The notes: generated from the sequence alone by a model not told the origin. 58,124 nt of DNA from Hanamia sp. (GCA_036565505.1 DATCMY010000117.1:1-58124), one strand, 5' to 3'; positions 21,552 to 33,600 are shown, numbered from the stretch's first letter. Program-made: numbers and translations.

Positions 21552-22589
21552 ATGAAAACCACGATTTTAAAATCCAGTATACTAATCGCTTTTATTTTTT
21601 TAAATGAAAATAAATGTAATGCCCAGGATATACATTTTTCACAATTTTCTGAAACGCCTATTCTGAGGAATCCCGCATTGGCAGGCATTTTTAGCGGCGA
21701 CCTGCGCATACAGGGTGTTTACCGGAATCAATGGAATTCAGTTACGGTTCCCTATCAAACTTCTTCCTTAAATGCTGAATATAAATTACCTATTGGCCAA
21801 AGCGATGACTACCTGACTATTGGCGGAGAAATTCTTTATGATAAAGCAGGTACCATTGCGCTTACTGCCACCCACGTTCTTCCCGTACTTAATTACCATA
21901 AATCTTTGAGTGCAGATAGGAATATGTATTTATCAGCCGGTTTTGCAGCAGGAATGGTACAAAGAAAATTTGACTTGTCTAAAATGACTACCAATAATCA
22001 ATATAACGGATCAAATTATGATCCATCTCTAGGCACCGGTGAATCATTCGCAAATAATAGTTCTCTATATTTTGATGGTAGTGCAGGTATTAGTTTTAAT
22101 ACACAAGTAGGAGAGAATCCCGATAATAATATTTTTTTTGGTGTTGCTTATCATCATTTTAATCAATCCGCAAAAGTTTCTTTTTATAATAATCCTGATG
22201 TAAAATTAATTCCTAAATTGGTCTTTTCCGGTGGAGTAAAAATGAGTGTAAATGATTATGCCTACGTTACTTTTCATGGCGATTATTCTAAGCAGGGGCC
22301 ATACACTGAAGTTATTGGCGGTATGCTTTATAGTTTTAAGTTAGATGATCCTACAGATCCGCATTATGTTATTTCCGGCGGAGGGTTTTTAAGATGGAAA
22401 GATGCTTTTATTCCGGTTATAAAGTTAGAAGTATCGCCTTTAACTTTTGCCCTCAGTTATGACGTGAATGTATCGTCACTAAAAGCTTCCAGTCAATCGC
22501 AAGGCGGTTTTGAATTATCAATTGCCTATCAAAAATTTGTAAACAAAGATAATTCTTCACGTGAAGCGGTAAGATGCCCCAGGTTTTAA
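21552..22589 (+). CDS. PorP/SprF family T9SS outer-membrane protein
   Basis: AQDIHFSQF, NPALAG, YRNQW, SYD...GGFELS; immediately follows a type B CTD gene. Confidence 0.93.
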   Translation: MKTTILKSSILIAFIFLNENKCNAQDIHFSQFSETPILRNPALAGIFSGDLRIQGVYRNQWNSVTVPYQTSSLNAEYKLPIGQSDDYLTIGGEILYDKAGTIALTATHVLPVLNYHKSLSADRNMYLSAGFAAGMVQRKFDLSKMTTNNQYNGSNYDPSLGTGESFANNSSLYFDGSAGISFNTQVGENPDNNIFFGVAYHHFNQSAKVSFYNNPDVKLIPKLVFSGGVKMSVNDYAYVTFHGDYSKQGPYTEVIGGMLYSFKLDDPTDPHYVISGGGFLRWKDAFIPVIKLEVSPLTFALSYDVNVSSLKASSQSQGGFELSIAYQKFVNKDNSSREAVRCPRF

Positions 22590-22690
22590 AAAGTGGATTA
22601 GTTTATAGTTTCCAAGTTTCTACCTTATTTTTTACTCCTATCTTTAATCATCTGATTTCCTCTTTAGTTCTAAAGAAAAAATTATAATTA

Positions 22691-23788
22691 ATGAAAATAA
22701 ATGAGGTTATTAAATCGCTGGAAAAAATTGCTCCGGTTAACTTGCAGGAAAGCTATGACAATGCCGGGTTACTAATTGGCAATAGCGAAGATGAATGCAC
22801 AGGAATTATTGCTTCCCTTGATGTAACAGAAGCCTTAATAGAAGAAGCGAAACAAAAAAAATGCAATCTCATTGTAGCTCATCATCCCATAATATTTAAA
22901 GGTTTAAAAAAACTAAATGGTAAAAATTATGTGGAAAGAACAGTAATTGCTGCCATAAAAAATAATATTGCCATCTATGCTATCCACACCAATCTCGATA
23001 ATATTATTGAAGGAGTTAATCAAAAATTGGCAGAAAAATTAAATCTCCAAAATTGTAAGGTGCTTTTACCAAAAGAAGGAACATTAAAAAAGTTGGTAAC
23101 TTTTTCACCCCGTGAAAATGCCGATGAAGTGAGGAATGCTTTATTTAAAGCCGGCGCAGGAGCCATAGGAAAATATGATGAATGTAGTTTTTGTATTGAA
23201 GGAAAAGGATCTTTTAAAGCTAATGAAGGAAGCAAACCATATATTGGTAAAATTGGCGAAAGACATATAGAAAATGAAACCCGGATCGAAGTCATTTTCC
23301 CAGGTTTCCTGCAACATTCAATGGTAGATTCTTTAAAAGAAGTTCATCCTTATGAAGAGGTAGCTTATGACATTTATCCGTTGGAAAACCAGAGAGAAGA
23401 TGTTGGAAGCGGTTTAACTGGGGAATTGCCCGAAAGTATTTCTGAGGAAGAATTGTTAACCCTCTTAAAAAAAATATTTGGACTTTCAGTAATAAAACAT
23501 ACACAATTTCTTCAGAAAAAAATATCAAAAGTGGCTTTATGTGGCGGAGCTGGATTCTTTTTGTTGCCCCAGGCAATTGCAGCCTCAGCACAGGTTTACA
23601 TTACTTCCGACATAAAATACCATGAATTTTTTGATGCAGACAGCAAAATTTTACTCGCAGATATTGGCCACTACGAGAGCGAACAGTTTACTATTGAGCT
23701 TTTAGCTGAAATTTTACAGCAAAAATTCCCTAACTTTGCCGTCCTAAAAACAGAAATTATTACCAATCCTGTCCTCTATTTCACCTGA
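22691..23788 (+). CDS. Nif3-like dinuclear metal-centre protein with PII-like insertion (YqfO type)
   Basis: YDNAGL, AHHPIIF, HTNLD, HPYEEVAYD, DIGHYESE. Confidence 0.93.
   Translation: MKINEVIKSLEKIAPVNLQESYDNAGLLIGNSEDECTGIIASLDVTEALIEEAKQKKCNLIVAHHPIIFKGLKKLNGKNYVERTVIAAIKNNIAIYAIHTNLDNIIEGVNQKLAEKLNLQNCKVLLPKEGTLKKLVTFSPRENADEVRNALFKAGAGAIGKYDECSFCIEGKGSFKANEGSKPYIGKIGERHIENETRIEVIFPGFLQHSMVDSLKEVHPYEEVAYDIYPLENQREDVGSGLTGELPESISEEELLTLLKKIFGLSVIKHTQFLQKKISKVALCGGAGFFLLPQAIAASAQVYITSDIKYHEFFDADSKILLADIGHYESEQFTIELLAEILQQKFPNFAVLKTEIITNPVLYFT
23731..23738 (+). promoter_or_regulatory. Candidate internal -7 element (TAACTTTG) for the downstream zinc-ribbon gene
   Basis: TAnnTTTG match in the 3' end of the Nif3 gene, about 100 nt before ATG 23838. 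Confidence 0.4.
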
Positions 23789-23837
23789 CAGGGTAAGGTT
23801 AATCATTCTGAAATAAAAACAAAATCGTACATAATTT

Positions 23838-24593
23838 ATGGCACAGGTAAAAGATTATTCTGTAGAAGAAAAATTAACATCTCTTGTAAAACTTCAAAAA
23901 GTTGACAGCAAATTAGATGGGCTCCAGGTACTGAAAGGTGAATTACCGATTGAGGTAAGTGACCTCGAAGACGAAATCGCAGGATTGAATGCGCGTCAAA
24001 ACCGTATTGAAGAAGAAATGAATGGCATGCAGCAATTCATTGAAGACAAAAAAACATTAATTAAAGATGCGCAGGATCTCATAAAAAAATATGAGAAGCA
24101 AAGTGATAATGTAAAAAACAACCGCGAGTTTGAAGCCATTAATAAAGAAATGGAAATGCAAACTCTTGAGATTAAACTTGCTGAAAAACACATTAAAGAT
24201 GCTACCGAGGAATTGGCCGAAAAAGCCAAACATCTTGAATCGGCTAAGAAAGCAGTCGCTACAAAAGAAGCCAATTTAAAAGGGAAAAAAGGTGAGCTTG
24301 AAAAGATTATAGCTGAAACAGATAAAGAAGAAAAACATTACAAGAAATTGGAAGAAGCTGCAAGAACCGGGGTAGATGAAAGATTGCTGGCAAGCTATGA
24401 CAGAATCCGCAATAATTACCGCAACGGACTTGCTGTAGTTCCTGTAGAAAGAGATTCTTGTGGTGGTTGTTTCAATGCCATTCCTCCGCAAAAACAAAGT
24501 GAGATAAAACAAAGGAAAAAAATTATTGTTTGTGAAAACTGTGGCCGTATATTGGTAGATGACGAATTGAATGATGCAGTGGAAGTTAAATAA
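23838..24593 (+). CDS. Coiled-coil protein with C4-type zinc ribbon (DUF164/CT398-like)
   Basis: Long coiled coil; CGGC...CENCGRIL; conventional neighbour of nif3. Confidence 0.9.
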   Translation: MAQVKDYSVEEKLTSLVKLQKVDSKLDGLQVLKGELPIEVSDLEDEIAGLNARQNRIEEEMNGMQQFIEDKKTLIKDAQDLIKKYEKQSDNVKNNREFEAINKEMEMQTLEIKLAEKHIKDATEELAEKAKHLESAKKAVATKEANLKGKKGELEKIIAETDKEEKHYKKLEEAARTGVDERLLASYDRIRNNYRNGLAVVPVERDSCGGCFNAIPPQKQSEIKQRKKIIVCENCGRILVDDELNDAVEVK

Positions 24594-24622
24594 ACGAATT
24601 ATTAATTGAATTGATAAATGAG

Positions 24623-24649
24623 AGAGGCGCTTTTATAAGCGTCTTTTTT
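24623..24649 (+). terminator. Intrinsic terminator
   Basis: GAGGCGCTT-TTAT-AAGCGTCTT followed by a T run. Confidence 0.7.
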
Positions 24650-24752
24650 CATGAAAAAATTTTTTAAATCAATATTCCAGTGCTTTCTTTTTTTAATTGA
24701 TATAAAAACAGGAAATAAAAAACCGTGGAATATTGTAATTTGCCATTATAAA

Positions 24753-26429
24753 ATGCTGCAGCAATTACACATACATAATTATGCGATTATTGATTCCATA
24801 GAAATTAATTTTTCTAACCATCTCAATATTATTACCGGCGAAACAGGTGCAGGTAAAAGTATTTTGATGGGTGCACTAAGTTTAATTTTAGGAGAAAGAG
24901 CAGACACTTCTGTTCTGCTTGATAAAGAAAAGAAATGTTTTATTGAAGGAATTTTCAAAACACATCATACTGCTGTAAAAGAATTTTTGCAAAAAAACGA
25001 TCTTGATAGTGAAGAAGAAATACTCATCAGGCGCGAAATTTCATCTAATGGAAAATCACGTGCTTTTATAAATGATACGCCGGTAACATTGAACCAACTG
25101 AAACAATTGACTTCCTTACTGGTGGATCTCCATCAACAGTTTGATACTTTGGAATTAAACAATAATGATTTTCAGCGTGAAGTAATAGATGCTCTTGCCG
25201 GGAATGGAAAATTGATTGAACAATACCAATCCATTTTTAAAAATTACCGGTCGGTTTTGAAAGAATTGGAAAAACTAAGTAACGAACAGGCGATAGCCAA
25301 CAAAGAGTTTGACTATAACCAATTTTTATTTGATGAACTGGACGAAGCCAATTTCTCAGAAAATGAAATTGAAAATATAGATGCCGAAATAAAAATAATG
25401 AGTAATGCCGAAAATATTAAATCTATTCTTTCTGAAATTTATTTTCAAATGGAAGAAAGTGACCAGCCTCTTGTACAGCAATTAAAATCTATTAGCAATA
25501 AATTACAAACACTTGAAAATATTTATCCTGAAATTGAAACAATAAATAAAAGATTGCATTCGCTGCAAATTGAATTACAGGATATTTCGGGAGAAATTGA
25601 TAGTATTAATGATAAAGTGAATTATGATGCTGAAAAAATAAGTGAACTGAATGACAGAATGGACGTTGGTTACGGGCTTTTAAAGAAACATAATGTACAA
25701 ACTACAGGGCAATTGTTTGAAATAAAAAACCAACTTGCCACCGAACTGGAAAAAATAATCAACCTTGCTGAATCCATTGCTGAAAAGGAAAAACAATCGC
25801 AACAATATTATCAGGAAGCAATGAAAATTGCGAAAACTATTTCAGAAAAAAGACAGAAAGAAGTAATACCCTTTGAGGAAAAAGTGAACATGCTTTTGTC
25901 GCAGGTTGGAATGCCTAATGCAAAAATTAAAGTAGAAATAAAAGATGCCGGAACATTAAATACTTACGGAAATAATACCATAGAATTTTTATTCAATGCC
26001 AATCTTTCTTCCTCGCAAACCAACAAAATCACACGATTTGAGCCTTTGCGTAAAGTAGCCAGTGGTGGTGAATTGAGCCGTTTAATGCTAAGCATAAAAT
26101 CCCTGGTAGCCAAAAGTGTACAACTGCCTACATTAATTTTTGATGAAATAGATTCCGGAATAAGCGGCGAAGCAGCTAAACAAGTTGGAATTATCATCAA
26201 AGAACTTTCTGTGGCGCACCAGGTAATTTCAATAACGCATCAGCCGCAAATTGCCGCTAAAGCACACAGGCACTTTTTTGTGTATAAGGAAATAAAAGAT
26301 GATAAAATTATAACGGCCATAAAAACATTGAATGCCGATGAAAGAATTACAGCAATAGCGACCATGTTAAGCGGTAAAAAACCTACTGCTGCCGCTTTTG
26401 AAAATGCAAAGGAGATGATGGGGAATTAA
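24753..26429 (+). CDS. recN: DNA repair protein RecN
   Basis: Start reassigned to MLQQLHIHNYAII. Motifs ITGETGAGKS, ASGGELSR, LIFDEIDSGISG, ITHQPQIAA. Confidence 0.96.
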   Translation: MLQQLHIHNYAIIDSIEINFSNHLNIITGETGAGKSILMGALSLILGERADTSVLLDKEKKCFIEGIFKTHHTAVKEFLQKNDLDSEEEILIRREISSNGKSRAFINDTPVTLNQLKQLTSLLVDLHQQFDTLELNNNDFQREVIDALAGNGKLIEQYQSIFKNYRSVLKELEKLSNEQAIANKEFDYNQFLFDELDEANFSENEIENIDAEIKIMSNAENIKSILSEIYFQMEESDQPLVQQLKSISNKLQTLENIYPEIETINKRLHSLQIELQDISGEIDSINDKVNYDAEKISELNDRMDVGYGLLKKHNVQTTGQLFEIKNQLATELEKIINLAESIAEKEKQSQQYYQEAMKIAKTISEKRQKEVIPFEEKVNMLLSQVGMPNAKIKVEIKDAGTLNTYGNNTIEFLFNANLSSSQTNKITRFEPLRKVASGGELSRLMLSIKSLVAKSVQLPTLIFDEIDSGISGEAAKQVGIIIKELSVAHQVISITHQPQIAAKAHRHFFVYKEIKDDKIITAIKTLNADERITAIATMLSGKKPTAAAFENAKEMMGN

Positions 26430-26534
26430 TTTTTTTAGCAATTAAAAATGAAAAGTTAATTGGTTAAAAAGTTAATTGGTTAATTTGTAAAAAAATATAT
26501 TTAGAGAAACAAAAAAGATAAAATCAATTAATCA

Positions 26535-27347
26535 ATGTCTAACAACTTACTGAAAGGAAAAAAGGGAATTATTTTTGGTGCGCTTGATGAAAAATCAATA
26601 GCTTGGAAAACTGCCATTAGCTGCCACGAAGAGGGTGCTGAGATTTTGCTTACCAATGCACCTATTGCCATGCGTATGGGAGAAATTAATAAACTCGCAG
26701 AAAAAATAAATGCGCCAATAGTACCATGCGACGTAACCAGCAATGAGGATATGTTGAATTTATTCACCCAGGCCAAGGAACATTTTGGTGGTGGCGTTGA
26801 TTTTATTTTACATTCCGTAGGAATGAGTTTAAACATGCGGAAAGGAAAATCTTACACCGAAATTGATTACGGGTTCAATCAAAAAACTATGGATATTTCT
26901 GCTACCAGTTTACATCGTTTATTGGCAACTGCGTATAAATTAGATGCTATTAATGAATGGGGAAGTGTGGTTGCACTTACTTATATCGCGGCCCAGCGTG
27001 TATTTCCTGACTACAGTGAAATGGCTGATGCAAAAGCATTATTAGAAAGCATTGCCCGAAGTTTTGGTTATCATTATGCGCTTAAAAATAAAGTAAGAGT
27101 AAATACTGTTTCGCAATCACCCACACGCACTACTGCCGGAAGTGGCGTAAAAGGATTTGGCGGATTTATTGAATATGCGGAAAAAATGAGCCCATTAGGA
27201 AATGCCACAGCAGAAGATTGTGCTAAATATTTAGTTACGCTTTTCAGTGATTTTACAAAATATGTTACCATGCAAAATCTTTTTCATGATGGTGGATTTT
27301 CGTTTACTGGTGTTACACAAAGTGTGATAGAACAGATGGAGAAGTAG
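26535..27347 (+). CDS. fabI: Enoyl-ACP reductase
   Basis: GKKGIIFGALDEKSIAW and the YxxMxxxK catalytic motif YSEMADAK. Confidence 0.92.
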   Translation: MSNNLLKGKKGIIFGALDEKSIAWKTAISCHEEGAEILLTNAPIAMRMGEINKLAEKINAPIVPCDVTSNEDMLNLFTQAKEHFGGGVDFILHSVGMSLNMRKGKSYTEIDYGFNQKTMDISATSLHRLLATAYKLDAINEWGSVVALTYIAAQRVFPDYSEMADAKALLESIARSFGYHYALKNKVRVNTVSQSPTRTTAGSGVKGFGGFIEYAEKMSPLGNATAEDCAKYLVTLFSDFTKYVTMQNLFHDGGFSFTGVTQSVIEQMEK

Positions 27348-27442
27348 AAGTAATGGTTGAATTGTTTTATTGGTAAAGTATTTTGTTGTTGATCGCCGAC
27401 TTTAAAAAAATAAAAGCATTCCAAAAATTATTTACCATAAAT

Positions 27443-27475
27443 AAAAAACCGCTCATAAAATTGAGCGGTTTTTTT
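27443..27475. terminator. Bidirectional intrinsic terminator between fabI and the DUF2795 gene
   Basis: AAAAAACCGCTCA-N6-TGAGCGGTTTTTTT between convergent genes. Confidence 0.85.
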
Positions 27476-27587
27476 ATAAAATATTGAAGATTTTTTTTTA
27501 ACTTATTAAGTTATTAAACTTCTCAACTTATAAATATAATAAACAAACTAAGCTTTCTAAACTTCTAAACTATCTAACCCTACTTCT

Positions 27588-27812
27588 CTAATATTCATCT
27601 TCATTAAAGAAAAAATCTTCCTGGCTGGGGTAATCGGGCCAAATATCCTCAAGGCTTTCATAAATATCACCACCTTCGTCTTCCAGTTCCTGGAGATTTT
27701 CAACTACTTCTATGGGAGCCCCACTTCGAATAGCATAATCAATCAATTCATCTTTAGTAGCGGGCCACGGTGCTTCTTCAAGGTGTGAGGCAAGTTCTAA
27801 TGTCCAAAACAT
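27588..27812 (-). CDS. DUF2795 family small acidic protein
   Basis: MFWTLELASHLEEAPWPATKDELIDYAIRSGAP...; conserved Bacteroidota small protein. TACATTTG -7 box at 27872-27879. Confidence 0.88.
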   Translation of the reverse strand: MFWTLELASHLEEAPWPATKDELIDYAIRSGAPIEVVENLQELEDEGGDIYESLEDIWPDYPSQEDFFFNEDEY

Positions 27813-28016
27813 ATATTTATATCTTTTTATTTTTTGTTATAAAATTAAAAAAGGGGATTTCCAATTTTCCGCAAATGTAAAAGTTAAATCGGGAAAACCA
27901 AATATTGTTTTTTTACCATTCCCCTTTTTGTGATAGTTTTTAAGGAAAGAATGTTGCATGTAAGATTTTTTTATTTTTTTTGTTTCTGAAATTAGTTTTT
28001 ACCCTTACATTTAACC

Positions 28017-28670
28017 ATGTTAAAAGCTATAGGTATCTACAAAAATTATGGCCCCTTACCTGTATTGAAAGGAGTGGATATAGAAATTGCAAAAGGTGAA
28101 ATAGTAAGCATTGCCGGTTCTTCAGGAGCGGGAAAAAGTACATTGCTTCACATTCTGGGCACATTAGATAAATCAGATAAAGGAGATATTATTATTGACA
28201 ATATAAATGTTAGCTCGCTAAAGGGGAAAAAACTGGCAGCTTTTAGAAATGAACACATTGGTTTTGTATTCCAGTTTCATCATTTGTTACCGGAATTTTC
28301 TGCTTTAGAAAATATTTGTGTTCCCGGCTGGATAGCCGGAAGAAAAAATAAGGAAGTGGAAAAAAGAGCCCTTGAACTTTTAGAATTGCTCAATTTAAAA
28401 GATCGTGGCGATCATAAACCCGGAGAACTTTCCGGCGGTGAACAACAACGTGTAGCTGTAGCAAGAGCATTGATCAATAATCCATCTATTGTAATGGCAG
28501 ATGAACCCACTGGAAACCTGGATTCTGCAAATGCCAAAGAATTGCACAACCTGTTTATTGATTTAAGAAACCGCTTCCAGCAAACATTTTTAATTGTTAC
28601 TCATAATGAAGAATTGGCGCAGTTGAGCGACAGAATTTTGCACATGAAAGATGGTAAAATAATCAGTTAG
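28017..28670 (+). CDS. ABC transporter ATP-binding protein, LolD-like
   Basis: [50 protein letters not shown]. Confidence 0.92.
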   Translation: MLKAIGIYKNYGPLPVLKGVDIEIAKGEIVSIAGSSGAGKSTLLHILGTLDKSDKGDIIIDNINVSSLKGKKLAAFRNEHIGFVFQFHHLLPEFSALENICVPGWIAGRKNKEVEKRALELLELLNLKDRGDHKPGELSGGEQQRVAVARALINNPSIVMADEPTGNLDSANAKELHNLFIDLRNRFQQTFLIVTHNEELAQLSDRILHMKDGKIIS

Positions 28671-28884
28671 TTTATAAGTTTTATAAACCCAAATGAAATA
28701 TTTCCCTGCACAGCAATATTACTCATTTGGTACAACACATTTATTTAACTCGCCTGAAATGGCTATTTAAAAATGAAAAAAGCAACTGCGATCTTGAAGT
28801 TCACACCTCAATAAAACGATTAACTCGCGGTATTTTTTGCCCTTTGCCTTTTTACAATTTACTTTGTTCCTTAATAAATTAATA

Positions 28885-29841
28885 ATGATAAAAGATAAAA
28901 TATTAGTAATAGGCGCCTGCGGGCAAATAGGCGTGGAACTTACTCTCGAGCTTCGTAAAATATATGGCGGTGCCAATGTAGTTGCATCTGACTTGCGCGA
29001 AGAAAATCCTTTATTAAAAGGTACCGGCCCTTATGTAAGTCTTGATGTAATGAATAAAGAAATGCTGCACGTACAGGTAATAAGGCAAAATATTACCCAG
29101 ATTTATTTATTAGCAGCCATATTATCAGCAACAGGTGAAAAAAATCCTCACCTGGCCTGGAGCCTGAATATGCAAAGTCTCTTAAACGTTTTGGAAATTG
29201 CTAAAGACGAAAATATTAATAAAGTCTATTGGCCAAGTAGCATAGCAGTTTTCGGCCCTACCTCACCTAAAATAAATTGCCCGCAACAAACCATTATTGA
29301 ACCCTCCACAGTTTATGGCATTAGTAAATATGCCGGCGAATTCTGGTGCAATTATTTTTTCCATCGCTACCATATAGATGTGCGCAGTTTGCGTTACCCC
29401 GGATTAATAAGTTATAAAAGTGAGCCGGGGGGCGGCACAACAGATTACGCTGTAGAAATTTTTCACGATGCCTTATCTGAAAATAAATACACTTGCTTTT
29501 TGAAAGAAAATACTTATCTCCCTATGATGTATATGCCTGATGCCATTCGTGCCACCATTGAATTAATGGAAACGGATGCTGATAAAATATCCGTGCGCAC
29601 TTCCTACAATATTTCCGGAATGAGTTTTTCGCCAAAAGAAATTGCCGCAGAAATTAAAAAACACCTTCCCGGTTTTACTATCAATTACCAACCCGATTAC
29701 AGGCTGGAAATAGCAGAGAGTTGGCCTCAAAGTATTGACGATTCAGTAGCTAACAACGATTGGAAATGGAAACCAAAATATGACCTGTCTGGCATGACAA
29801 TTGATATGATAGCAAATTTGGAAGACAAAGTAAAAAAATAA
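28885..29841 (+). CDS. NAD-dependent epimerase/dehydratase family protein, L-threonine 3-dehydrogenase-like
   Basis: Start reassigned to MIKDKILVIGACGQIG. Motifs LSATGE, YGISK, PGGGTTDYA, LPMMYMPD. Confidence 0.88.
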   Translation: MIKDKILVIGACGQIGVELTLELRKIYGGANVVASDLREENPLLKGTGPYVSLDVMNKEMLHVQVIRQNITQIYLLAAILSATGEKNPHLAWSLNMQSLLNVLEIAKDENINKVYWPSSIAVFGPTSPKINCPQQTIIEPSTVYGISKYAGEFWCNYFFHRYHIDVRSLRYPGLISYKSEPGGGTTDYAVEIFHDALSENKYTCFLKENTYLPMMYMPDAIRATIELMETDADKISVRTSYNISGMSFSPKEIAAEIKKHLPGFTINYQPDYRLEIAESWPQSIDDSVANNDWKWKPKYDLSGMTIDMIANLEDKVKK

Positions 29842-29969
29842 AATTTACGTAAAAAATACTACTAATGTGGTATTTCAGGATTAAAAATATTAATTGAAAT
29901 TTGATTAGTAAAAACATTACCTATCCCAGTTGCTAACTCAAAAAATTAAAAAAACTAAAACAAAAAAAC

Positions 29970-30449
29970 ATGAAAAAGTTAATTTTGGCAATGGCCATTG
30001 TTGTATTTTCAACAATAGGCGTACAGGCACAGAATGCTTCAAAACCAATCACTATGAGTATTGCAGCTAATGTGGGTGTTCCTACTTCTACAGGTTATTC
30101 CGTTGCATTTGGAGCCGACCTGCAAGCTGATTTTGAAGTAGCGCCAACTACAAAAGTCACTGCAAGTATTGGCTATGAAGATTATTCAGTAAAATCATCT
30201 TATGGTGGAGGAAACGGTTACTTTATTCCACTTTTAGGAGGTGTAAAATTTAACCTGAGTGACAAAGCTTATGCTCATGGCCAATTAGGCTATGGTTTTG
30301 GAAAAAACGGCAATGGCGCATTCGCTTATGCTCCCAGCATCGGGTATTATTTCAGCCCAAATTTTGATGCCTCTATTAAGTACCTGGCATTTAGCAAAAA
30401 CAGTTCTACATTAGGAAGTGTAAATCTTCGTCTTGCATACAATTTCTAA
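29970..30449 (+). CDS. Small outer-membrane beta-barrel protein
   Basis: Signal peptide (VQAQ), alternating beta strands, C-terminal LRLAYNF. Confidence 0.85.
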   Translation: MKKLILAMAIVVFSTIGVQAQNASKPITMSIAANVGVPTSTGYSVAFGADLQADFEVAPTTKVTASIGYEDYSVKSSYGGGNGYFIPLLGGVKFNLSDKAYAHGQLGYGFGKNGNGAFAYAPSIGYYFSPNFDASIKYLAFSKNSSTLGSVNLRLAYNF

Positions 30450-30472
30450 TTAAAAGAAATAAAAAAATTATT

Positions 30473-30500
30473 AAAAAGCTTCCTTCGGGAGGCTTTTTTT
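30473..30500 (+). terminator. Intrinsic terminator with UUCG loop
   Basis: AAAAAGCTTCC-TTCG-GGAGGCTTTTTTT. Confidence 0.88.
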
Positions 30501-30664
30501 ATTTTATAGCCGGAATAAATCTATTTGAATAATCAAATTTTATTTTAGTATAAACACCTTTATCATTATAACAGCTTTATAAAGATTTAATCCGAATATT
30601 TTTAAATGATACTTTTGCTTTTACTTAATTTAGTATCTTAATACAAATATTTACTGCCTACCTG

Positions 30665-33600
30665 ATGAAGAAATTTTTTCTGATATTTATCCTTTCTCTT
30701 TATTGTTTTGTTTCGTTTGCAAATCATACCAAGGGCGGTTGGATGTATTATGAATATCTAGGTCAGGGAATAAACGACCCAACCAAACTGCGATATAAAA
30801 TTGTGCTTAAGTTTTACATGATCTGCAATCCAAGCCCACAACAACTGGATCCACAAATTAATTTTAGTTATTTTGATGGGGGGACTAACAGCTTTATTGA
30901 AAACGAAAGTGTAGGGTTAACCGAAAATCCAAACATCAGTAATTGCACCACCGTACAGTGCAATCCATGCATAACCAACATACCCTCCATCTGTTACAAG
31001 ATCGCTACTTATGAAACTACCAGGGAACTTGCGCCCAGGCCCAATGGTTATATCATTGCTGCCCAAAGGTGTTGCAGGCTCACCGGTATTGCAAATATTG
31101 TCAATTCAAATACTGTAGGCGACACATGGACCATCAATATTCCGGGAACCAATATTTTAACCACAGCACCACTCAATTCCAGTCCGAAGTTTATTGCAAA
31201 CGACACCGCAATTGTATGCGCTAATAATTATTTCAAATTTGATTTCACCGCGATTGATCCGGATAATGATTCTTTAGTCTATTCTTTTGCTCCGGCTTAT
31301 AATGGTGGATCTCCTGGCAATCCAAGCCCGTTAACAGCCATACTTCCATTTACTTCGGTGCCTTATGCCAGTCCCTTTTCTGCTTCACAACCACTTGGTC
31401 CGGGAGTAACTATTGATTCTAAAACAGGCATCGTTAGCGGCATCGCACCTTCAAGCGGTATTTACGTGCTTACAGCCGTAGTAAAGGAATACAGAAATGG
31501 AATTTACATAGGAGAAGCCAGAAAATCTTTACACATCCAGGTTGCTGATTGTTTTCCGATCAGAGCCACATTAAATCCTGAATATATTACCTGTGACGGA
31601 TTTTCTCTTACATTTAGTAATGAAACTCCCAATAGTAATATTCAAACTTATAATTGGGAATTTGGGGATTCAATTTCAGGAATAAACAATAGCTCAACCT
31701 CTTCAAATCCAACGCATACATTTTCTGATACCGGTACTTATCAAATTAAATTGGTTGTCAATAAAGGATTACCCTGTTCTGATTCAACCATTTCTTTGGT
31801 AAAAGTCTATCCCGGCTTTTTCCCCGGATTTAAATTTATAGGCAATTGTGTCAATTCTCCCATTCAATTTATTGATACTTCAAAAACCAATTTCGGAACC
31901 ATTAATAGCTGGAGTTGGAATTTTGGTGACGGAACAACACTATCTGATACTTCACATTTGCAAAATCCAACCTATTCTTATTCCGCTGCAGGAAATTATA
32001 ATATAATTTTTACAGTAAGTAACAGTAAAGGATGCACGAAAACAGTGAATACTACGAATGTTCCTATTATCGTTAACCCGGTAGTTACCACATTATTCAA
32101 AGATTCTGTTTATTGTGGAAAAGATACCATCCAGCTTCTAAGCTCAACCAGTTTCACAGGAAGTTATAGCTGGAACCCTAACGTCAATATCATTAATGCA
32201 AACTCAGCAAACCCATTGGTATTTCCTACTGTACCTACAAAGTATTTTGTAACTTTAAATGCAGGAGGTTGCACTAACACAGATTCAGTTACTGTTAATC
32301 CAAAATTTGATCTGGCAGCAGCTATCACAACTTCAGGTGCAAGCATTTGCGAGGAAGATACCATCATACTTTCGGCAACAAGCAATCATAATCCTGTAAA
32401 TTATATATGGAGCCCTGCAAATACTTTATCGGCTCCTAATTCACAAATTACAAAAGCCTTTCCTGCAAATAACACCAATTATAGTCTCCAGGTGCAATGG
32501 GGAAATCATTGTTTAGCAAATGCTAATACGGATATAACAGTAAAAAAATTAGCCATCCCTGATGCCGGACCGGATACTTCGGTTTGCAAAAATGGCAGCG
32601 GCGTTTTATTGACAGCTACAGGTGGTGATAATTATATATGGCGGCCGGCAACAGGATTAAGTAACCCGAATATTGCCAACCCTTTAGCTAATCCTACTGT
32701 CACTACTTCTTATATTGTTTCAGCAGGAGTAACAGGTTGTCTTAAACGAAGAGAAGATACTGTAATTGTAGTCAACAGGGATTTACCGGTAATTTCTTTA
32801 ACGAATGATACTTTAATTTGTTCAATAGATACCTTACAACTTAATTCTTCTTCCCCAGGCGCAACTCAATTTTTATGGACACCCAATTACAGAATCAATA
32901 ATCAAAATAATGCTTCACCACTGGTTAGCCCGCAGACCCCTACAACTTATTTTATCCAAATTACTGACGGATATAAATGTGTAAATAAAGATTCGGTTTT
33001 TGTAGATGTAAAACAATTTGTAAGCATAGATGCAGGTAACGATACCACCATTTGCCAAACCGATGCCATACAACTGAAGCCTATAAGTGATGCTTTACAT
33101 TATAAATGGTCGCCGACTGCAACCCTCGATTATGACACTTTAAAAAATCCAATCGCAACTCCGCTTAGTACCACTACTTATCATGTAATTGGCAACATAG
33201 GAAAATGCCAGAGCAGCGATAATATAACCATAAGGGTAGCTCCCTATCCGAAAGCTTATGCAGGAACTGACGCCAATATATGTTTTGATTCAAGTACTAT
33301 TTTACGTGCGACGGGCGGAAGTAAATATTTGTGGACTCCTCCTTTTTATTTATCCAATCCCAACATTGCCAATCCCGTTGCAAATCCGACCAGCACCATT
33401 CAATACATAGTTACTGTTTCGGATACACTTGGTTGTCCTAAAGGTGTAAATGACACGGTTGTTGTAAATGTTTTCCCAAAAATTATTGCCAATGCCGGAA
33501 GAGATACATCTGTAGTAATTAATCAACCACTGCAATTAAATGGAAGTGGCGGAGAAACCTATCTATGGTCACCTGCCACCGGACTCAATAATGCGAATAT

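Noticed and set aside
22555-22566. CTTCACGTGAAG palindrome resembling parS
   Set aside because: Only 12/16 match to TGTTTCACGTGAAACA, a single copy, and inside a coding region.
24651-24752. N-terminal extensions given by the ORF track for recN (also ruvA, queA, and the 28837, 35071 and 48290 ORFs)
   Set aside because: The extensions overlap promoter or terminator sequences; downstream ATGs give the family-typical N-termini or signal peptides.
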